A DNA stretch of 64,000 bases from Bacteroidota bacterium (GTDB lineage: Bacteria; Bacteroidota; Bacteroidia; Chitinophagales; UBA8649): contig PKDX01000047.1 in assembly GCA_002862745.1 (NCBI GenBank), positions 40,371 to 104,370 of the forward strand, given 5' to 3'. Shown piece after piece: positions 9,586 through 21,200 of this stretch. The notes below the pieces were generated by a model that was given only the letters and a program-made list of their open reading frames with translations, did not search any database and was not told the origin of the DNA. Numbering within the stretch: position 1 is the stretch's first letter; every line of letters begins with the position of its first letter. The position numbers and the translations under genes are program-made.

Positions 9586-9695
9586 GCAATAAAAATACGG
9601 CAAAGAATTGTATGAATTGTGTCATCTTACCAACGTTGATTATTCGCCGAGCTTCTGGCTTGTTGTAGCGCATAAAAAACATTAGATTGCGAACG

Positions 9696-12600
9696 ATGAG
9701 CGATTATTGTCATTTGCATAACCATACGCAGTTCTCCTTGCTTGACGGGCACTCGAGTATTTCCTCGATGATAAGTAAAGCGAAGGCAGATGGTCAACAG
9801 GCAGTAGCCATTACCGATCATGGCAATATGTTTGGGGCCTTTAAGTTTGTCGCCGAGGCAAATAAACAGAAGGTCAAACCTATAGTAGGTTGTGAATTCT
9901 ACTTGGTTGAAGATCGTTTTAAAAAGTCATTTGTCGGAGGGAAGAAAGATAAGCGCTATCATCAGCTACTTCTTGCAAAGGATATCAAAGGATATGAAAA
10001 CCTCTCCAAGCTCTGCTCTTTGGGCTTTATCGAGGGACTCTATTCCAAGTGGCCAAGAGTAGATTTTGAGTTAATCAAACAATACAAAGAGGGGCTTATT
10101 GCCACAAGTTGCTGTATAGGGGCTATCATTCCTCAGACTATACTCCATAAAGGAGAGGAAGCTGCCGAAGCGATGCTATTGGAATGGGTTGATGTCTTTG
10201 GAGAAGATTATTACGTCGAGCTTCAGCGCCATGGTCTAGATGATATCGATAATACGGGTATGAGTCAGGAGGACGTCAATCAGGTTTTGATTCGTCTTGC
10301 CAATAAGCACAATATTCCTATCATAGCGACGAATGACAGCCACTATATCGAAGAAGAAGATGCCTCAGCCCACGATATTTTGTTGTGCGTAAACACTGGT
10401 GAGAGCAAGTACACTCCGAAAGGTCACGGCAAAGGATTTCGCTTTGGATTTCCTAATAATGAGTTCTATTTCAAGTCTCAAGAGGCCATGAAACAATTGT
10501 TTTCCGATGTGCCAAATGCTATTGAAAATACAATAGCAATTGCCGATAAGGTAAAAGGCATTCATCTTGAACGAGACTTTCCAGTGTTACCCAAGTTTTC
10601 TATTCCTGATGGATTTGAATCAGAAGAGAAGTATCTGGAGTTTCTAACATTTGAAGGCGCCAAAAAGCGTTATGGAGAACCTTTAGAAAGTCATGTTCTT
10701 GAACGTTTGGAGTTTGAGTTAAAAACAATAAACGAAGCCGGCTACGCAGGATATTTTCTTATTGTACAGGATTTCACTACTGCGGCAAGAACGCTTGATG
10801 TAAGTGTTGGGCCAGGTAGGGGCTCTGCCGCGGGTTCAGCCATAGCCTATTGCTTGGGAGTAACTAATGTAGATCCCATTAAGTACGATTTACTCTTTGA
10901 ACGTTTCTTAAATCCTGAGCGTGTTTCCATGCCTGATATTGATATTGACTTTGATGATGAAGGCCGTCAACGGGTTATTGATTATGTCGTTGATAAGTAT
11001 ACCAAGGACCAGGTAGCACAGATTATTACCTATGGCTCTATGGCGGCAAAGTCCTCTCTGCGAGATGTAGGACGTGTGATGGATATTCCTTTACAAGATG
11101 TTAATCAGGTAGCCAAATCGTTTCCTGATCATCTAAGCGCCACCCTAAATAAAGTGTTGGCGAAACAGGGAATAGATGAGAAGCTTAAGGGTAAACTCAA
11201 CGCCAACCAGTTACAACAAGCCGAAGAATTTAGAAAGACGGCTGCGCGGGAGGATAAGATTGGCGAGATGGTTCGCGAGGCCAAAAACCTTGAGGGTTCT
11301 GTGCGAAATACAGGAGTGCATGCTTGTGGTATTATTATCACTCCAGAGGATATAAAAAACCTTATCCCTGTGACCACCTCAAGAGATTCCGACCTGCTAC
11401 TAACCCAATATGACAATAGTGTAGTCGAGGACGCTGGTCTGCTAAAAATGGACTTTTTGGGTTTACGAACGCTTAGTATTATCAAAGATGCCGTGGCATT
11501 AATCAAAGAAGGACATAGCGTGGACCTAGATCCAGATACATTTCCATTAGATGATGAAAAAACATTCAGGCTATTCCAGAAAGGTTACACCAACGGTATT
11601 TTTCAGTTTGAGTCAGGTGGAATGCAAAAGCATCTCAAAGAGTTGAAGCCGGATTGCTTCGAGGATTTGATTGCGATGAACGCCCTCTACCGTCCAGGTC
11701 CTATGGAATATATTCCTTCGTATTGTGCTCGTAAACACGGTAAGGAGAAAGTAGAGTATGATCACCCTTTAATGGAAGGTCGTCTAAAAGAGACCTATGG
11801 AATCACAGTGTATCAGGAGCAAGTTATGCTCTTGGCACAAGATTTAGCTGGCTTTAAGAAGGGACAGGCGGATAGATTGCGCAAGGGAATGGGTAAGAAA
11901 AAGAAGGAGGTCATCGATGAATTATGGCCAACTTTTGAAGCGGGCTGTAAGAAAAATTCTATAGACGAAAAGACCATCAAAAAAATATGGCAAGATTGGG
12001 AAGCATTTGCATCCTATGCCTTCAATAAATCGCACTCGACGTGCTATGCACTTATTGCCTATCAAACAGCCTATTTAAAAGCGCATTATCCTGCGGAGTA
12101 CATGGCTTCTGTTCTAACACATAACATGAGCGACATTAAAAAGGTCAGCTTCTTTATGGAAGAGTGTAAGCGGATGAAACTTTCCGTACTTGGTCCAAGC
12201 ATCAATGAGGCGGGCGCAAAGTTTCGGGTAAATGCCAAAGGAGAGATCCGATTTGCTTTGTCCGCAATCAAAGGGGTTGGGCAGCTTGCGGTCGATGAGC
12301 TAGTCAAAGAACGTCTAGAAAATGGCCCTTATGCTGACCTATTTGATATTACGGCAAGATTGCGATCAAACCAAGTCAATAATAAAACCCTTGAATCCTT
12401 GGCCATAGCGGGGGCATTTGACAGTTTTGAGGGCATTCGACGTGAGCAATACATCGAAAAAGACCCAATGGATGGCCTAATGCTTATCAATAAAGCGGTA
12501 AACTATGGACAGCGGTTGTATCAAATTCAATCCAGTAGCCAAGCGAGCTTGTTTGGAGAAAGTGAGGTAGAAACCTTGGTAAAACCCGAGGCACCTGCAA

Positions 12601-13262
12601 CACGAGAGTGGTCAAGTATTGAACGCCTGCAAAAGGAGAAGGAAGTCACAGGAGTTTATCTATCCGGTCATCCGTTAGATCCCTACCGTTTGGACTTGAA
12701 AAGCTTTGCGAATTCCACTACGGAAACCATGGAACGTCGAAAGTCTGGAGTAGTCCGACTAGGAGGGATCATTGCATCTTCGGATGTTCGGTTTTCTCAG
12801 AAAGGGCAGAAGTATTGCCGCTTTGTGCTCGAAGACTTTGAGGGGTCCATGGAATTTATGCTGTTTCGCGAAAAATTCCTCGAGTTCGAACATTTTGTTC
12901 AGAACCCCGGCCACATACTGATGATTACCGGTGCGTATAAGTTTAATCGGTATCGCGATGAGTATCGTTTTGAGATTCACGCCATGGAGCTTTTTGATGG
13001 CTTACGTGAAAAATATACATCTAGAATAGATCTCCATCTCAAACTAGATGCTGTGACAACTGATCTTACCGATCGCATCAAGGCCCTTTGTGTGGAGAAC
13101 AAAGGAGATGTTCCAGTCTACATCAAGGTATATGATAAGGAGAACAACGTATTGAATTTAACTTCCAATCAATATCGTATAGCGCCCAATAGAAGGTTTA
13201 TCGAAGGGTTGTCAGCAGAGCCCTCCCTAACATTTCAATTGGGCATGACCCATCGAGCATAG
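9696..13262 (+). CDS. dnaE: DNA polymerase III alpha subunit
   Basis: PHP domain HLHNHTQFSLLDG, palm region GPGRGSAAGSAIAYCLGVTNVDP, and PDIDIDFDD. The length is ~1190 aa. The start is set at ATG 9696 (MSDYCHLH...). Confidence 0.95.
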   Translation: MSDYCHLHNHTQFSLLDGHSSISSMISKAKADGQQAVAITDHGNMFGAFKFVAEANKQKVKPIVGCEFYLVEDRFKKSFVGGKKDKRYHQLLLAKDIKGYENLSKLCSLGFIEGLYSKWPRVDFELIKQYKEGLIATSCCIGAIIPQTILHKGEEAAEAMLLEWVDVFGEDYYVELQRHGLDDIDNTGMSQEDVNQVLIRLANKHNIPIIATNDSHYIEEEDASAHDILLCVNTGESKYTPKGHGKGFRFGFPNNEFYFKSQEAMKQLFSDVPNAIENTIAIADKVKGIHLERDFPVLPKFSIPDGFESEEKYLEFLTFEGAKKRYGEPLESHVLERLEFELKTINEAGYAGYFLIVQDFTTAARTLDVSVGPGRGSAAGSAIAYCLGVTNVDPIKYDLLFERFLNPERVSMPDIDIDFDDEGRQRVIDYVVDKYTKDQVAQIITYGSMAAKSSLRDVGRVMDIPLQDVNQVAKSFPDHLSATLNKVLAKQGIDEKLKGKLNANQLQQAEEFRKTAAREDKIGEMVREAKNLEGSVRNTGVHACGIIITPEDIKNLIPVTTSRDSDLLLTQYDNSVVEDAGLLKMDFLGLRTLSIIKDAVALIKEGHSVDLDPDTFPLDDEKTFRLFQKGYTNGIFQFESGGMQKHLKELKPDCFEDLIAMNALYRPGPMEYIPSYCARKHGKEKVEYDHPLMEGRLKETYGITVYQEQVMLLAQDLAGFKKGQADRLRKGMGKKKKEVIDELWPTFEAGCKKNSIDEKTIKKIWQDWEAFASYAFNKSHSTCYALIAYQTAYLKAHYPAEYMASVLTHNMSDIKKVSFFMEECKRMKLSVLGPSINEAGAKFRVNAKGEIRFALSAIKGVGQLAVDELVKERLENGPYADLFDITARLRSNQVNNKTLESLAIAGAFDSFEGIRREQYIEKDPMDGLMLINKAVNYGQRLYQIQSSSQASLFGESEVETLVKPEAPATREWSSIERLQKEKEVTGVYLSGHPLDPYRLDLKSFANSTTETMERRKSGVVRLGGIIASSDVRFSQKGQKYCRFVLEDFEGSMEFMLFREKFLEFEHFVQNPGHILMITGAYKFNRYRDEYRFEIHAMELFDGLREKYTSRIDLHLKLDAVTTDLTDRIKALCVENKGDVPVYIKVYDKENNVLNLTSNQYRIAPNRRFIEGLSAEPSLTFQLGMTHRA

Positions 13263-13356
13263 TTCGGTGGAAAATGAGGAATAACTTTCTCTGCGCATTT
13301 TGCGTTCATATTGTACTTTCACAATACAATTAAATCAACTCTATAAAACAACAAAT

Positions 13357-13674
13357 ATGGCTTTCAAATTTACAGATGCGAATTTTGAAGAACAAATGCA
13401 AAGTGATCACCCCGTTCTTGTAGACTTTTGGGCAGAATGGTGCGGTCCTTGTGTTGCACTTGGTCCCACGATTGAAGAGGTTGCTTCTGAATTTGACAGC
13501 AAAGCAGTAGTGGGTAAGCTCAATGTTGATGAGAATCCAGAAACAGCAGGCCGCTTTGGCATCCGTAGCATTCCTACAGTACTTTTAATGCACAAAGGTG
13601 AGGTGGTTCAAAAGTTCGTCGGTGTGCAGCCTAAGGCTACTTTTGTTGATGCGATTAATGCTGTGCTAGCCTAG
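13357..13674 (+). CDS. trxA: Thioredoxin
   Basis: WAEWCGPC active site. It is 105 aa counted from the internal ATG at 13357. Confidence 0.9.
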   Translation: MAFKFTDANFEEQMQSDHPVLVDFWAEWCGPCVALGPTIEEVASEFDSKAVVGKLNVDENPETAGRFGIRSIPTVLLMHKGEVVQKFVGVQPKATFVDAINAVLA

Positions 13675-13675
13675 T

Positions 13676-14329
13676 ATGCCGGATCATTTATCCTGGCTCA
13701 GAAATCTACATATTGAGGTTGTTGTCTTCGACCTAGGGAATGTCATCATACCTGTAGACTTTGAGAAGACCGCACAGGCCTTTGTTTCCCTTGGTGGTAA
13801 AAAGGCAATTGAGCTCTATCACTATGCAGGGCAAAGTCATCTTTTCGAAGAACTCGAGCGTGGCGAAGTAAGCCGTGAAGAGTTTATCAATCAGGTACGA
13901 CCTGAGTTAAATTATGCGTCGGACACTTCGATTGTTGAGGCTTGGAACGCCATGCTCTATCATGTTGATCATTCGATATTCGATTGCCTTGATAAACTGA
14001 GGCCCCAATTCAAGACCTATGTATTGAGCAACATTAATACCTATCATGCTGAATGGGTTGGCAAAGCCATGCGAACTGCTGCACCTAATAAGGATATCTC
14101 CCAATACTTTGATCATGTTTTTTATTCTCATGAGATTGGACATCGTAAACCGGAAAATGGCGCGTGGCAAATTATAATTGAGCAAAAGGGTATCAATCCT
14201 CAAAAAACACTTTTTATCGACGATAAGGAAGAAAATATCGAGGCGGCTAAAGCCTTAGGATTTAACGTATTACATTGGAATCCCTCAAACGATATTCGTT
14301 CGGTCGTCGACATTTTATTACCTTCATAA
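13676..14329 (+). CDS. HAD-superfamily hydrolase (YihX-like, subfamily IA)
   Basis: The N-terminal motif VVVFDLGNVIIPVDF resembles E. coli YihX (IFDLGNVIVDIDF). The C-terminal FIDDKEENI is HAD motif III/IV-like. Confidence 0.7.
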   Translation: MPDHLSWLRNLHIEVVVFDLGNVIIPVDFEKTAQAFVSLGGKKAIELYHYAGQSHLFEELERGEVSREEFINQVRPELNYASDTSIVEAWNAMLYHVDHSIFDCLDKLRPQFKTYVLSNINTYHAEWVGKAMRTAAPNKDISQYFDHVFYSHEIGHRKPENGAWQIIIEQKGINPQKTLFIDDKEENIEAAKALGFNVLHWNPSNDIRSVVDILLPS

Positions 14330-14339
14330 AAAGCATTTT

Positions 14340-15401
14340 ATGTTATATTCTACTCGCATTGCGGGCCTCGGCTTTTATGTCCCCGAGCGCATTGTAAAAA
14401 ATGATGAACTAACTCAGTACATGGAGACGAGTGATACTTGGATTCAAGAGCGTACTGGGATCAAGGAGCGGCGATATGCAAAACGTTATGAGGAAACGAC
14501 GACGACCATGGGGGTAAAAGCAGCAGAAGTAGCAATTGAGCGAGCTGGAATTACTGCCCAAGATGTTGATTTCATTGTCTTTGCCACCTTAAGTCCTGAT
14601 TATTATTTTCCTGGTTGTGGTGTTTTACTGCAGCGAGCGATGGGTATGAAGGAAATCGGTGCGCTCGACGTCCGTAATCAGTGTTCGGGATTTATCTACG
14701 CGTTAAGTGTAGCGGATCAGTTTGTAAAAACCGGCATGTATAAGAATGTGCTTGTAGTTGGCGCTGAATTTCATTCTTGCGGTTTAGATTTTTCTACGAG
14801 AGGTCGCAATGTTTCCGTGATTTTTGGAGATGGTGCGGGAGCAGCAATTCTCCAGCCGTCTGATAATCCTGAAGAAGGTATTTTGTCTACACACCTACAC
14901 AGTGATGGCTCAGCCGCTGAGGAGTTAGCTTATCTCAACCCGGGGTGTCATGGCGGGCATTGGATTGATGATGAGACACGTTTAAGCGAGTATCCAAGTG
15001 CAGAAAGTATGGATGGAATCTTTATAACTCCTGATATGATGGAGAAGGAACAAATTTATCCTTACATGAATGGCCAAGCCGTCTTTAAAAAAGCAGTGGT
15101 AAAGTTCCCTGAAGTCATTATGGAGGCCCTTGGTCGAAATGGACTAACACCAAGTGATATCGATGTCTTAGTTCCTCACCAAGCTAATCTCCGTATCAGT
15201 CAATTTGTACAGCGCACATTGCGTCTACCTGATGAAAAGGTGGTGAATAACATCCAACGCTTTGGAAATACCACTGCAGCCTCTATTCCTATTGCATTAA
15301 CTGAAGCTTGGGAGCAAGGGAAAATCAAAAAAGGCGATCTAGTTTGTTTAGCTGCCTTCGGTAGCGGATTTACATGGGCTAGTGCGCTTATACGCTGGTA
15401 A
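14340..15401 (+). CDS. 3-oxoacyl-ACP synthase III family protein (FabH-like)
   Basis: Catalytic triad contexts NQCSGFIYAL (Cys), VPHQANLRI (His) and GNTTAASIP (Asn). It is somewhat longer than canonical FabH because of an internal insertion. Confidence 0.85.
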   Translation: MLYSTRIAGLGFYVPERIVKNDELTQYMETSDTWIQERTGIKERRYAKRYEETTTTMGVKAAEVAIERAGITAQDVDFIVFATLSPDYYFPGCGVLLQRAMGMKEIGALDVRNQCSGFIYALSVADQFVKTGMYKNVLVVGAEFHSCGLDFSTRGRNVSVIFGDGAGAAILQPSDNPEEGILSTHLHSDGSAAEELAYLNPGCHGGHWIDDETRLSEYPSAESMDGIFITPDMMEKEQIYPYMNGQAVFKKAVVKFPEVIMEALGRNGLTPSDIDVLVPHQANLRISQFVQRTLRLPDEKVVNNIQRFGNTTAASIPIALTEAWEQGKIKKGDLVCLAAFGSGFTWASALIRW

Positions 15402-15412
15402 ATGCACTTCGA

Positions 15413-16576
15413 ATGAAGAAAAAATATATTCTTGTAGACCATTTTAGCCAATGGCAGGGATTAGCTCCTTTTACCTTGACGAGGTCAATCAGTGCACTTC
15501 GTGTAGGATTGCGTACGATCCAAGAAACTTGGTCGGACGCCTTGGAGGATAATGTAGAAATTCAAAGTCAAGCGTATCTCATGGACCATGCTCCTGTTAT
15601 CGAAGGGCTTTGCGTGATGATCAATTCCGCCTTTTTGTGTGTTCCTGACCTGGTGGAAAAAATCCTAGCACTGAATCCAGGCGAGTCGCTCTATGATCAC
15701 GGTGTTCAGGTAGCATCATGTGTCGATTCTAGTGCTTCTGATACAAAAGAAGTTGAAATCAATGGTGAAGTAGGATGGAAAATGCTTAGTCGTCCTTGGG
15801 AAATTTTTGAATGGGCGGGGGAGCAAATCGAAAGGGATTTTGTAGCACTTACTAAGCATTCGAATAGTCAGGTTTTACCGGAACATTGCGTATGCATAGG
15901 CCCATTAGATCAATTGTTTATTGAGGAGGGGGCAGAAGTGCTCAATGCTACGTTTAACACCTTACATGGACCAGTGTATATCGGAAAGAATGCAACCGTA
16001 ATGGAGGGAAGTCGAGTGCGTGGTCCATTTATGATGGGCGAAGGATCCGTCCTTAAAATGAATGCAAAAATCTACGGTGCTACCGTCTTAGGGCCCCATT
16101 GTAAGGTGGGTGGTGAGGTAAGTAATTCGGTCTTTCAGGGCTATTCAAACAAAGGTCATGATGGCTACCTCGGGAATTCAGTAATAGGTTATTGGTGTAA
16201 TCTAGGGGCTGATACCAATACATCCAATCTTAAAAACAATTATAGTTCCGTGAAGGTCTACAGTTACCTTGAACAGGACTACGTAAACTCCAACCGACAG
16301 TTTGTGGGAAGTCTTATGGGTGACCATTGCAAAACAGGCATAAACACCATGCTCAATACAGGAACCGTCCTTGGGGTAAATGTCAATATTGTAGGAGGAG
16401 ATTTCCCCCCTAAATTCTTGCCCTCATTTTCTTGGGTAAACCGCCAAAAAGTATATACCTACCGACTCGATAAGGCCGTAGATGTAGCCAAGGCTGTTAT
16501 GGCACGAAGACAATGTTCACTGTCCAATCTTGAGTTTTCTATTCTTAACCACTTATTTGAAACCAAACAACCATGA
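15413..16576 (+). CDS. Putative sugar nucleotidyltransferase with left-handed beta-helix (GlmU-like family)
   Basis: The N-terminus (LAPFTLTRSISALRVGLRTIQETW) resembles the NTP_transf_4-type fold. The C-terminal half has hexapeptide-like repeats (GKNATVMEGSRVRGP, GEVSNSVFQGYSNKGHDGYLGNSVIG). It overlaps tpiA by 4 nt (ATGA). Confidence 0.6.
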   Translation: MKKKYILVDHFSQWQGLAPFTLTRSISALRVGLRTIQETWSDALEDNVEIQSQAYLMDHAPVIEGLCVMINSAFLCVPDLVEKILALNPGESLYDHGVQVASCVDSSASDTKEVEINGEVGWKMLSRPWEIFEWAGEQIERDFVALTKHSNSQVLPEHCVCIGPLDQLFIEEGAEVLNATFNTLHGPVYIGKNATVMEGSRVRGPFMMGEGSVLKMNAKIYGATVLGPHCKVGGEVSNSVFQGYSNKGHDGYLGNSVIGYWCNLGADTNTSNLKNNYSSVKVYSYLEQDYVNSNRQFVGSLMGDHCKTGINTMLNTGTVLGVNVNIVGGDFPPKFLPSFSWVNRQKVYTYRLDKAVDVAKAVMARRQCSLSNLEFSILNHLFETKQP

Positions 16577-17343
16577 GAAAACATTATGTAATAGGCAACT
16601 GGAAGATGAATCTAATCTGGGAGGAAGTGCTCGACCTTTGCGGTGAGCTAAAAGATGCTGTGCATTCTCTTTCTAAGACGATTAGTATTGGCGTTACTCC
16701 AAGTAGTCCTTATATCCCAGTTGTAATGCCCTTACTTCCAGCACACATCAAGGTTGGTAGCCAAATGGTGAGCGCCATGGAGTCTGGAGCATGTACAGGG
16801 CAAGTTTCCGCAAAGCAATTAGATTCATTGGGCACAGTATTCACCTTAATTGGTCATTCTGAATCGCGTGCCTTGTGGAATGAATCGGACGAGGAACTAG
16901 CACAAAAGGTTTCTCAATCCTTGGCAACTCAGTTAGAAGTGGTTTTCTGTATTGGTGAATCGCTTGAAGTAAGAGAATCTGGAGACTATCTGTCCTTTTT
17001 AATGCATCAAATAAAGGCAGGGCTATTTCATTTAGACGCTAAGCAAATGAAGCGCGTCATCTTAGCGTATGAACCGATTTGGGCCATTGGTACAGGGAAA
17101 AGCGCACAACCCCATCAAATTCAAGAAGTGCATCAAGCCTTACGCGGGATGATTGCGACCCAATATGGTGAAGAGGTAGCCAATTCCTTTTCCATTCTTT
17201 ATGGTGGGAGTGTCAAGCCTGAGAATGCGGCAGGCACCTTCGCATTAGAAGATGTTGATGGAGCATTGGTAGGCGGGGCATCGCTCAAGGCACAGTCCTT
17301 TGCGGCCATTGCGGAGGCATGTGTTGATCAGAAAAGCATTTAA
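16573..17343 (+). CDS. tpiA: Triosephosphate isomerase
   Basis: Motifs GNWKMN, IGHSESR and AYEPIWAIGTG. Confidence 0.9.
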   Translation: MRKHYVIGNWKMNLIWEEVLDLCGELKDAVHSLSKTISIGVTPSSPYIPVVMPLLPAHIKVGSQMVSAMESGACTGQVSAKQLDSLGTVFTLIGHSESRALWNESDEELAQKVSQSLATQLEVVFCIGESLEVRESGDYLSFLMHQIKAGLFHLDAKQMKRVILAYEPIWAIGTGKSAQPHQIQEVHQALRGMIATQYGEEVANSFSILYGGSVKPENAAGTFALEDVDGALVGGASLKAQSFAAIAEACVDQKSI

Positions 17344-17348
17344 CGATT

Positions 17349-18197
17349 GTGGAGCAATACGTTCAAGTCGCATTTACTCTGCAATCCAAGGAATCATTGG
17401 AATTAAACAGTGCGTTTGAGATTATTGCAGCCATTTTACATGAAGAAGAATTTGAGTCGTTTGAGTTTTTAGACGATAAACTAATCGGATACATTAAGGA
17501 GCAGGTATGGGAAAAAGAATCGATTGATCAAAGACTGTCGAGCCTGCCTTTCGCGGTATCCTTGGATGCTATACCCGTGGTAAATCAAAATTGGAACACT
17601 CTATGGGAACAGCAGATTAAGCCTATAGAGATAGGCAGAGAAATCTACATATATCCATCGTTTTCATCACCGGAGTCAAGTCGCCCGTATCAACTCGTGA
17701 TTGATCCTAAAATGGCCTTTGGTACAGGGTATCATGATACCACAAGGATGGTTCTAGAAACGATGGAAGAAATGGTGTTTGACAACCAATCTGTTCTTGA
17801 TTTTGGGTGCGGAACGGGTGTTTTGGCTGTCTATGCAAGCATGCGAGGGGCCTCCAAGGTGGTGGGCATAGACAATGATTTAATTGCCGTGGAAAGCGCG
17901 CGGGATGTGGCTAGAGCAAACCATGAAGAAATTGAACTGAGATATCAAGAAAAGGATGGATACCAATATGATGGAATAATCTATGATTCCATTTTGGCAA
18001 ACGTAAACAAAAACGCCATCGATCAAAATATTGAAGCCTTGCTTAAATCCTTACACCCTGAACATGGCAGCATTGTATTAAGCGGTCTTTTGTTGGAAGA
18101 TTGGGCATGGGTGCAGCAACGAATGAAGACACTTGGCCTGAAACTTGTAGATAAACGCGCTTCATCCGCATGGCTTGCCCTGCGATGGAAAGTGTAA
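17349..18197 (+). CDS. prmA: Ribosomal protein L11 methyltransferase
   Basis: SAM-binding motif VLDFGCGTGVLA plus PrmA-like N-terminal and central regions (IDPKMAFGTGYHDTT). GTG start. Confidence 0.85.
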   Translation: MEQYVQVAFTLQSKESLELNSAFEIIAAILHEEEFESFEFLDDKLIGYIKEQVWEKESIDQRLSSLPFAVSLDAIPVVNQNWNTLWEQQIKPIEIGREIYIYPSFSSPESSRPYQLVIDPKMAFGTGYHDTTRMVLETMEEMVFDNQSVLDFGCGTGVLAVYASMRGASKVVGIDNDLIAVESARDVARANHEEIELRYQEKDGYQYDGIIYDSILANVNKNAIDQNIEALLKSLHPEHGSIVLSGLLLEDWAWVQQRMKTLGLKLVDKRASSAWLALRWKV

Positions 18198-18206
18198 ATT
18201 GTAGAT

Positions 18207-21200
18207 ATGAAAGGTATATACTCCATTGGAATACTCATTGTTTTACTCTTTGTACAGAGTTTGGGCCTTGCTCAGGTAAGCCCTAAATATGATATCAACG
18301 ACCCTTCTTATGTCAATTCCCTGATGGAATCAATAGAATCTAGTCGTAAGGATAAAGATGATGCTTTTCCTGAACGCTTTAGTCAATATGTTGCTTCGGG
18401 CCAATCGAGTAATGACTTAATGCGGCACATTGCTGAATATGCTAACTCAATGGATAAGGTGGGGCGCTGGACAGTAGATCGTGAGCGGAGAATAGCTGGT
18501 TTATGTATGCTTTTTGATTCGACAAAATGCGTGCCTCTAGATCAATGGCATGAAGTCTTAGCTGACCAGTTAGGGTATTATTACCCTGGCAAGGAAAGTA
18601 AATTCGATGAGGAGGTAAGGCAATGGAGACAGTTTGCTCGGTCTGGAATTCTCACGGTACGTGGCAAGAATACTTGGAGGGTTAAGGGAAAGGCAAGCGC
18701 AGTTGCTTGGTCTAGTGATGAGGGGCTAACGCTCTCGTTTGATCAACCTGTAGTACTTCAGGCCGATAATCCATATGATACGATGGCCTTGAGTAACACG
18801 ACGGGAATATTTTATGGAAAGACCTATGAATGGCAGGGTGCTGGGGGAGAGATGGATTGGGTTGGTGCGGGAATTCCGAGAGATGAGGCCTTTGTGCAGC
18901 TGACAAGCTACAATGTCAAGACTACGAAGTTCGAGATATCCTGTGATTCAGTGCTTATGAGTTATCCAAAATACAGTCGTGAGGCTTTCCCAGGTGTCTT
19001 TAAAGATCGACTTGATAATCAAAATAGGGATAAGAATTACCCCGATTTTCTAGCAACCGTCCGATTGCCTACTCAACAAATTAACGACTACGTGAGTGTG
19101 AATGGGGGATTTCACCTGACGGGTAATGAAATTGGAGTTGACGCACCAAGAGGAGAAGCTTGTATCGTTGAATTTCGTGACCCTAGTAGTCAGAAGCTTC
19201 TTGCCTTGTATAAGCCAAAATCCCTTAAGGTGGCTGTGCCCAATAAAATCTTTGGTGGCTTAGGGAGTCTAATATTATTTACTGCCAATGATTCAATTTC
19301 ACATCCCGCAGTTGAGGTTGAATACAAAATTCAGTCAAATACGCTAGAGGCGCGCACAGGATTAGATATCGTATCTGATATTCCCTTCACACTGGGCAAT
19401 CAAAATATGATCGTTGAAGCAGAAATCCTTCGCTGGCCATTAGACAGTCGAGAGATAGAGTTCAATCTGTTTACCGATTCTCGCACAAAAAGTGTGAACA
19501 TCATATCCGATAAATACTTCAGTTATGAGTCTTTTCAAAATTCAGGAATGCGTTTTGGAAATAGCGAAATTGAAAAGATTTATGATAGCTATGGTGGGGA
19601 TTTAAGGGGGGCGTCCCTTTCGGCCAAAGCTCTTGGAAGTATTCTTGCACCGAATGTTGCCTATCGGCAGCAGTTTTCTAACTTTTATCGATTAATGGCA
19701 AATGGCTTTATAGAGTTTAACGAAGCCGAAGAACGAGTGGATTTATTGCCCAAGATTATTCTTTATGTAGAGGCATTACGAAAGACCTCTGATTTTGATG
19801 AGATGGGAATGTCCTCCTTTGCTTCAGGTAAAAATGTTACCTATGATGTTGATTTGGATATCGCCACGACAACAGGTGTTTCATCAGTTACGATATCCGA
19901 GTATGATCGAGCAAGTATTTATCCGGACAATCAAACATTTGATATCGATAAGGACAAGTCATTTAACTTCTCAGGAATGTTTACAGCAGGTCAGTTTGAG
20001 TTCTTAGATGATGATGCCTTATTTGAATATGAGCCTTACCATTTTGTCTCCGATAGCCTGAATGAATTGCGTATGGATGTTCTATACAATGATCCAAATT
20101 CAGCATCAAACTTATTGCGTGTAAAGTCGGTCATAGAAGGAGCTGATCTCGTCGTATTTGTCAATTCGCCGGATAATCACTCAGGAACTTTTAATCAAGA
20201 TGAGAGTTATCCCAAAATTGAAACCTTCAACCACTCCAAGGTTTTTTATTCTGATTCGAGTATACTAGATGGAGATTACAACAGGGATAGTTTCTATTTT
20301 TCATTGGACCCCTTTACGTTGGATTCCCTGTTCTATATTGATTCTGTTGATCTGAGTTTTATAGGAACGTTGACTAGCGCGTACATTTTCCCCGAGGTAA
20401 GAGATACTCTTATGCTTATGAATGATAAGTCACTTGGCATCAAAGAATCTACAGGTGAAGAGGGCATCTCTTTGTATCAGGATAGGGGACTACTGACAGG
20501 ATTTTATCAACTCGATCGCAGTAACGGTGTCATCGGGACGGGAACCGTTGATTATTTAACTTCTGATTTCTCATCGAAGCGAATAGAATTCTTTACCGAC
20601 TCCGTGGTGGCCTTTGCGGATTCTTTGAATATCGAACGAAGTGAAATGGGATTTTTATCTCCGGAGATGAAGAGTGAAAAGAATAAGTTGAGGTGGTTTC
20701 CCTATGAGGGTAGATTAGTGGCTACCTCAAATGCCAATAATCCATTTTCTATGAACCAAGGTCGCACGCTACTTGAGGGTACTCTACAGGTAACAGATAC
20801 CGCAATTACAGCTGACGGTGCCATCGAATGGAGTGATGCGAAGTTAACCTCGGAAGACTTTACCCTTACCGATAAAGATATTATGGCATCTTCTGGAGAT
20901 CTTGAAGTTAAGTCTGGAGGTGATCAGGTTACTTTCTCTGTTAAAGATGTTTCTATGAAGGTCGATATGGACGAAAACTATGGAACCTTTATATCCAATT
21001 CGGAGGATAACTTTATTGACTTAGCCTACAATGCCTATCGAGTGAATATCCGTGAATTTCAGTGGGATATTGATGCTAGGAGATTGTTTTTCCGTGTACC
21101 TGAGGGGCAGGATGATATGACGTTTTATGCTACGAACCCATCTCAAGGAGACTTATCCTTTAATTCGGGTTCAGCGGACTACGATATGTCCACATCATCC

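Noticed and set aside
9614-9623. A 10-mer, GAATTGTGTC, shared between the dnaE upstream region (9614-9623) and the dnaX upstream region (28352-28361). It could be a common replication-gene regulatory site.
   Set aside because: Its orientation relative to the two genes is opposite. The expected chance occurrence between two such regions is only marginally low. A 9/10 match also occurs inside a coding region (24791-24800).
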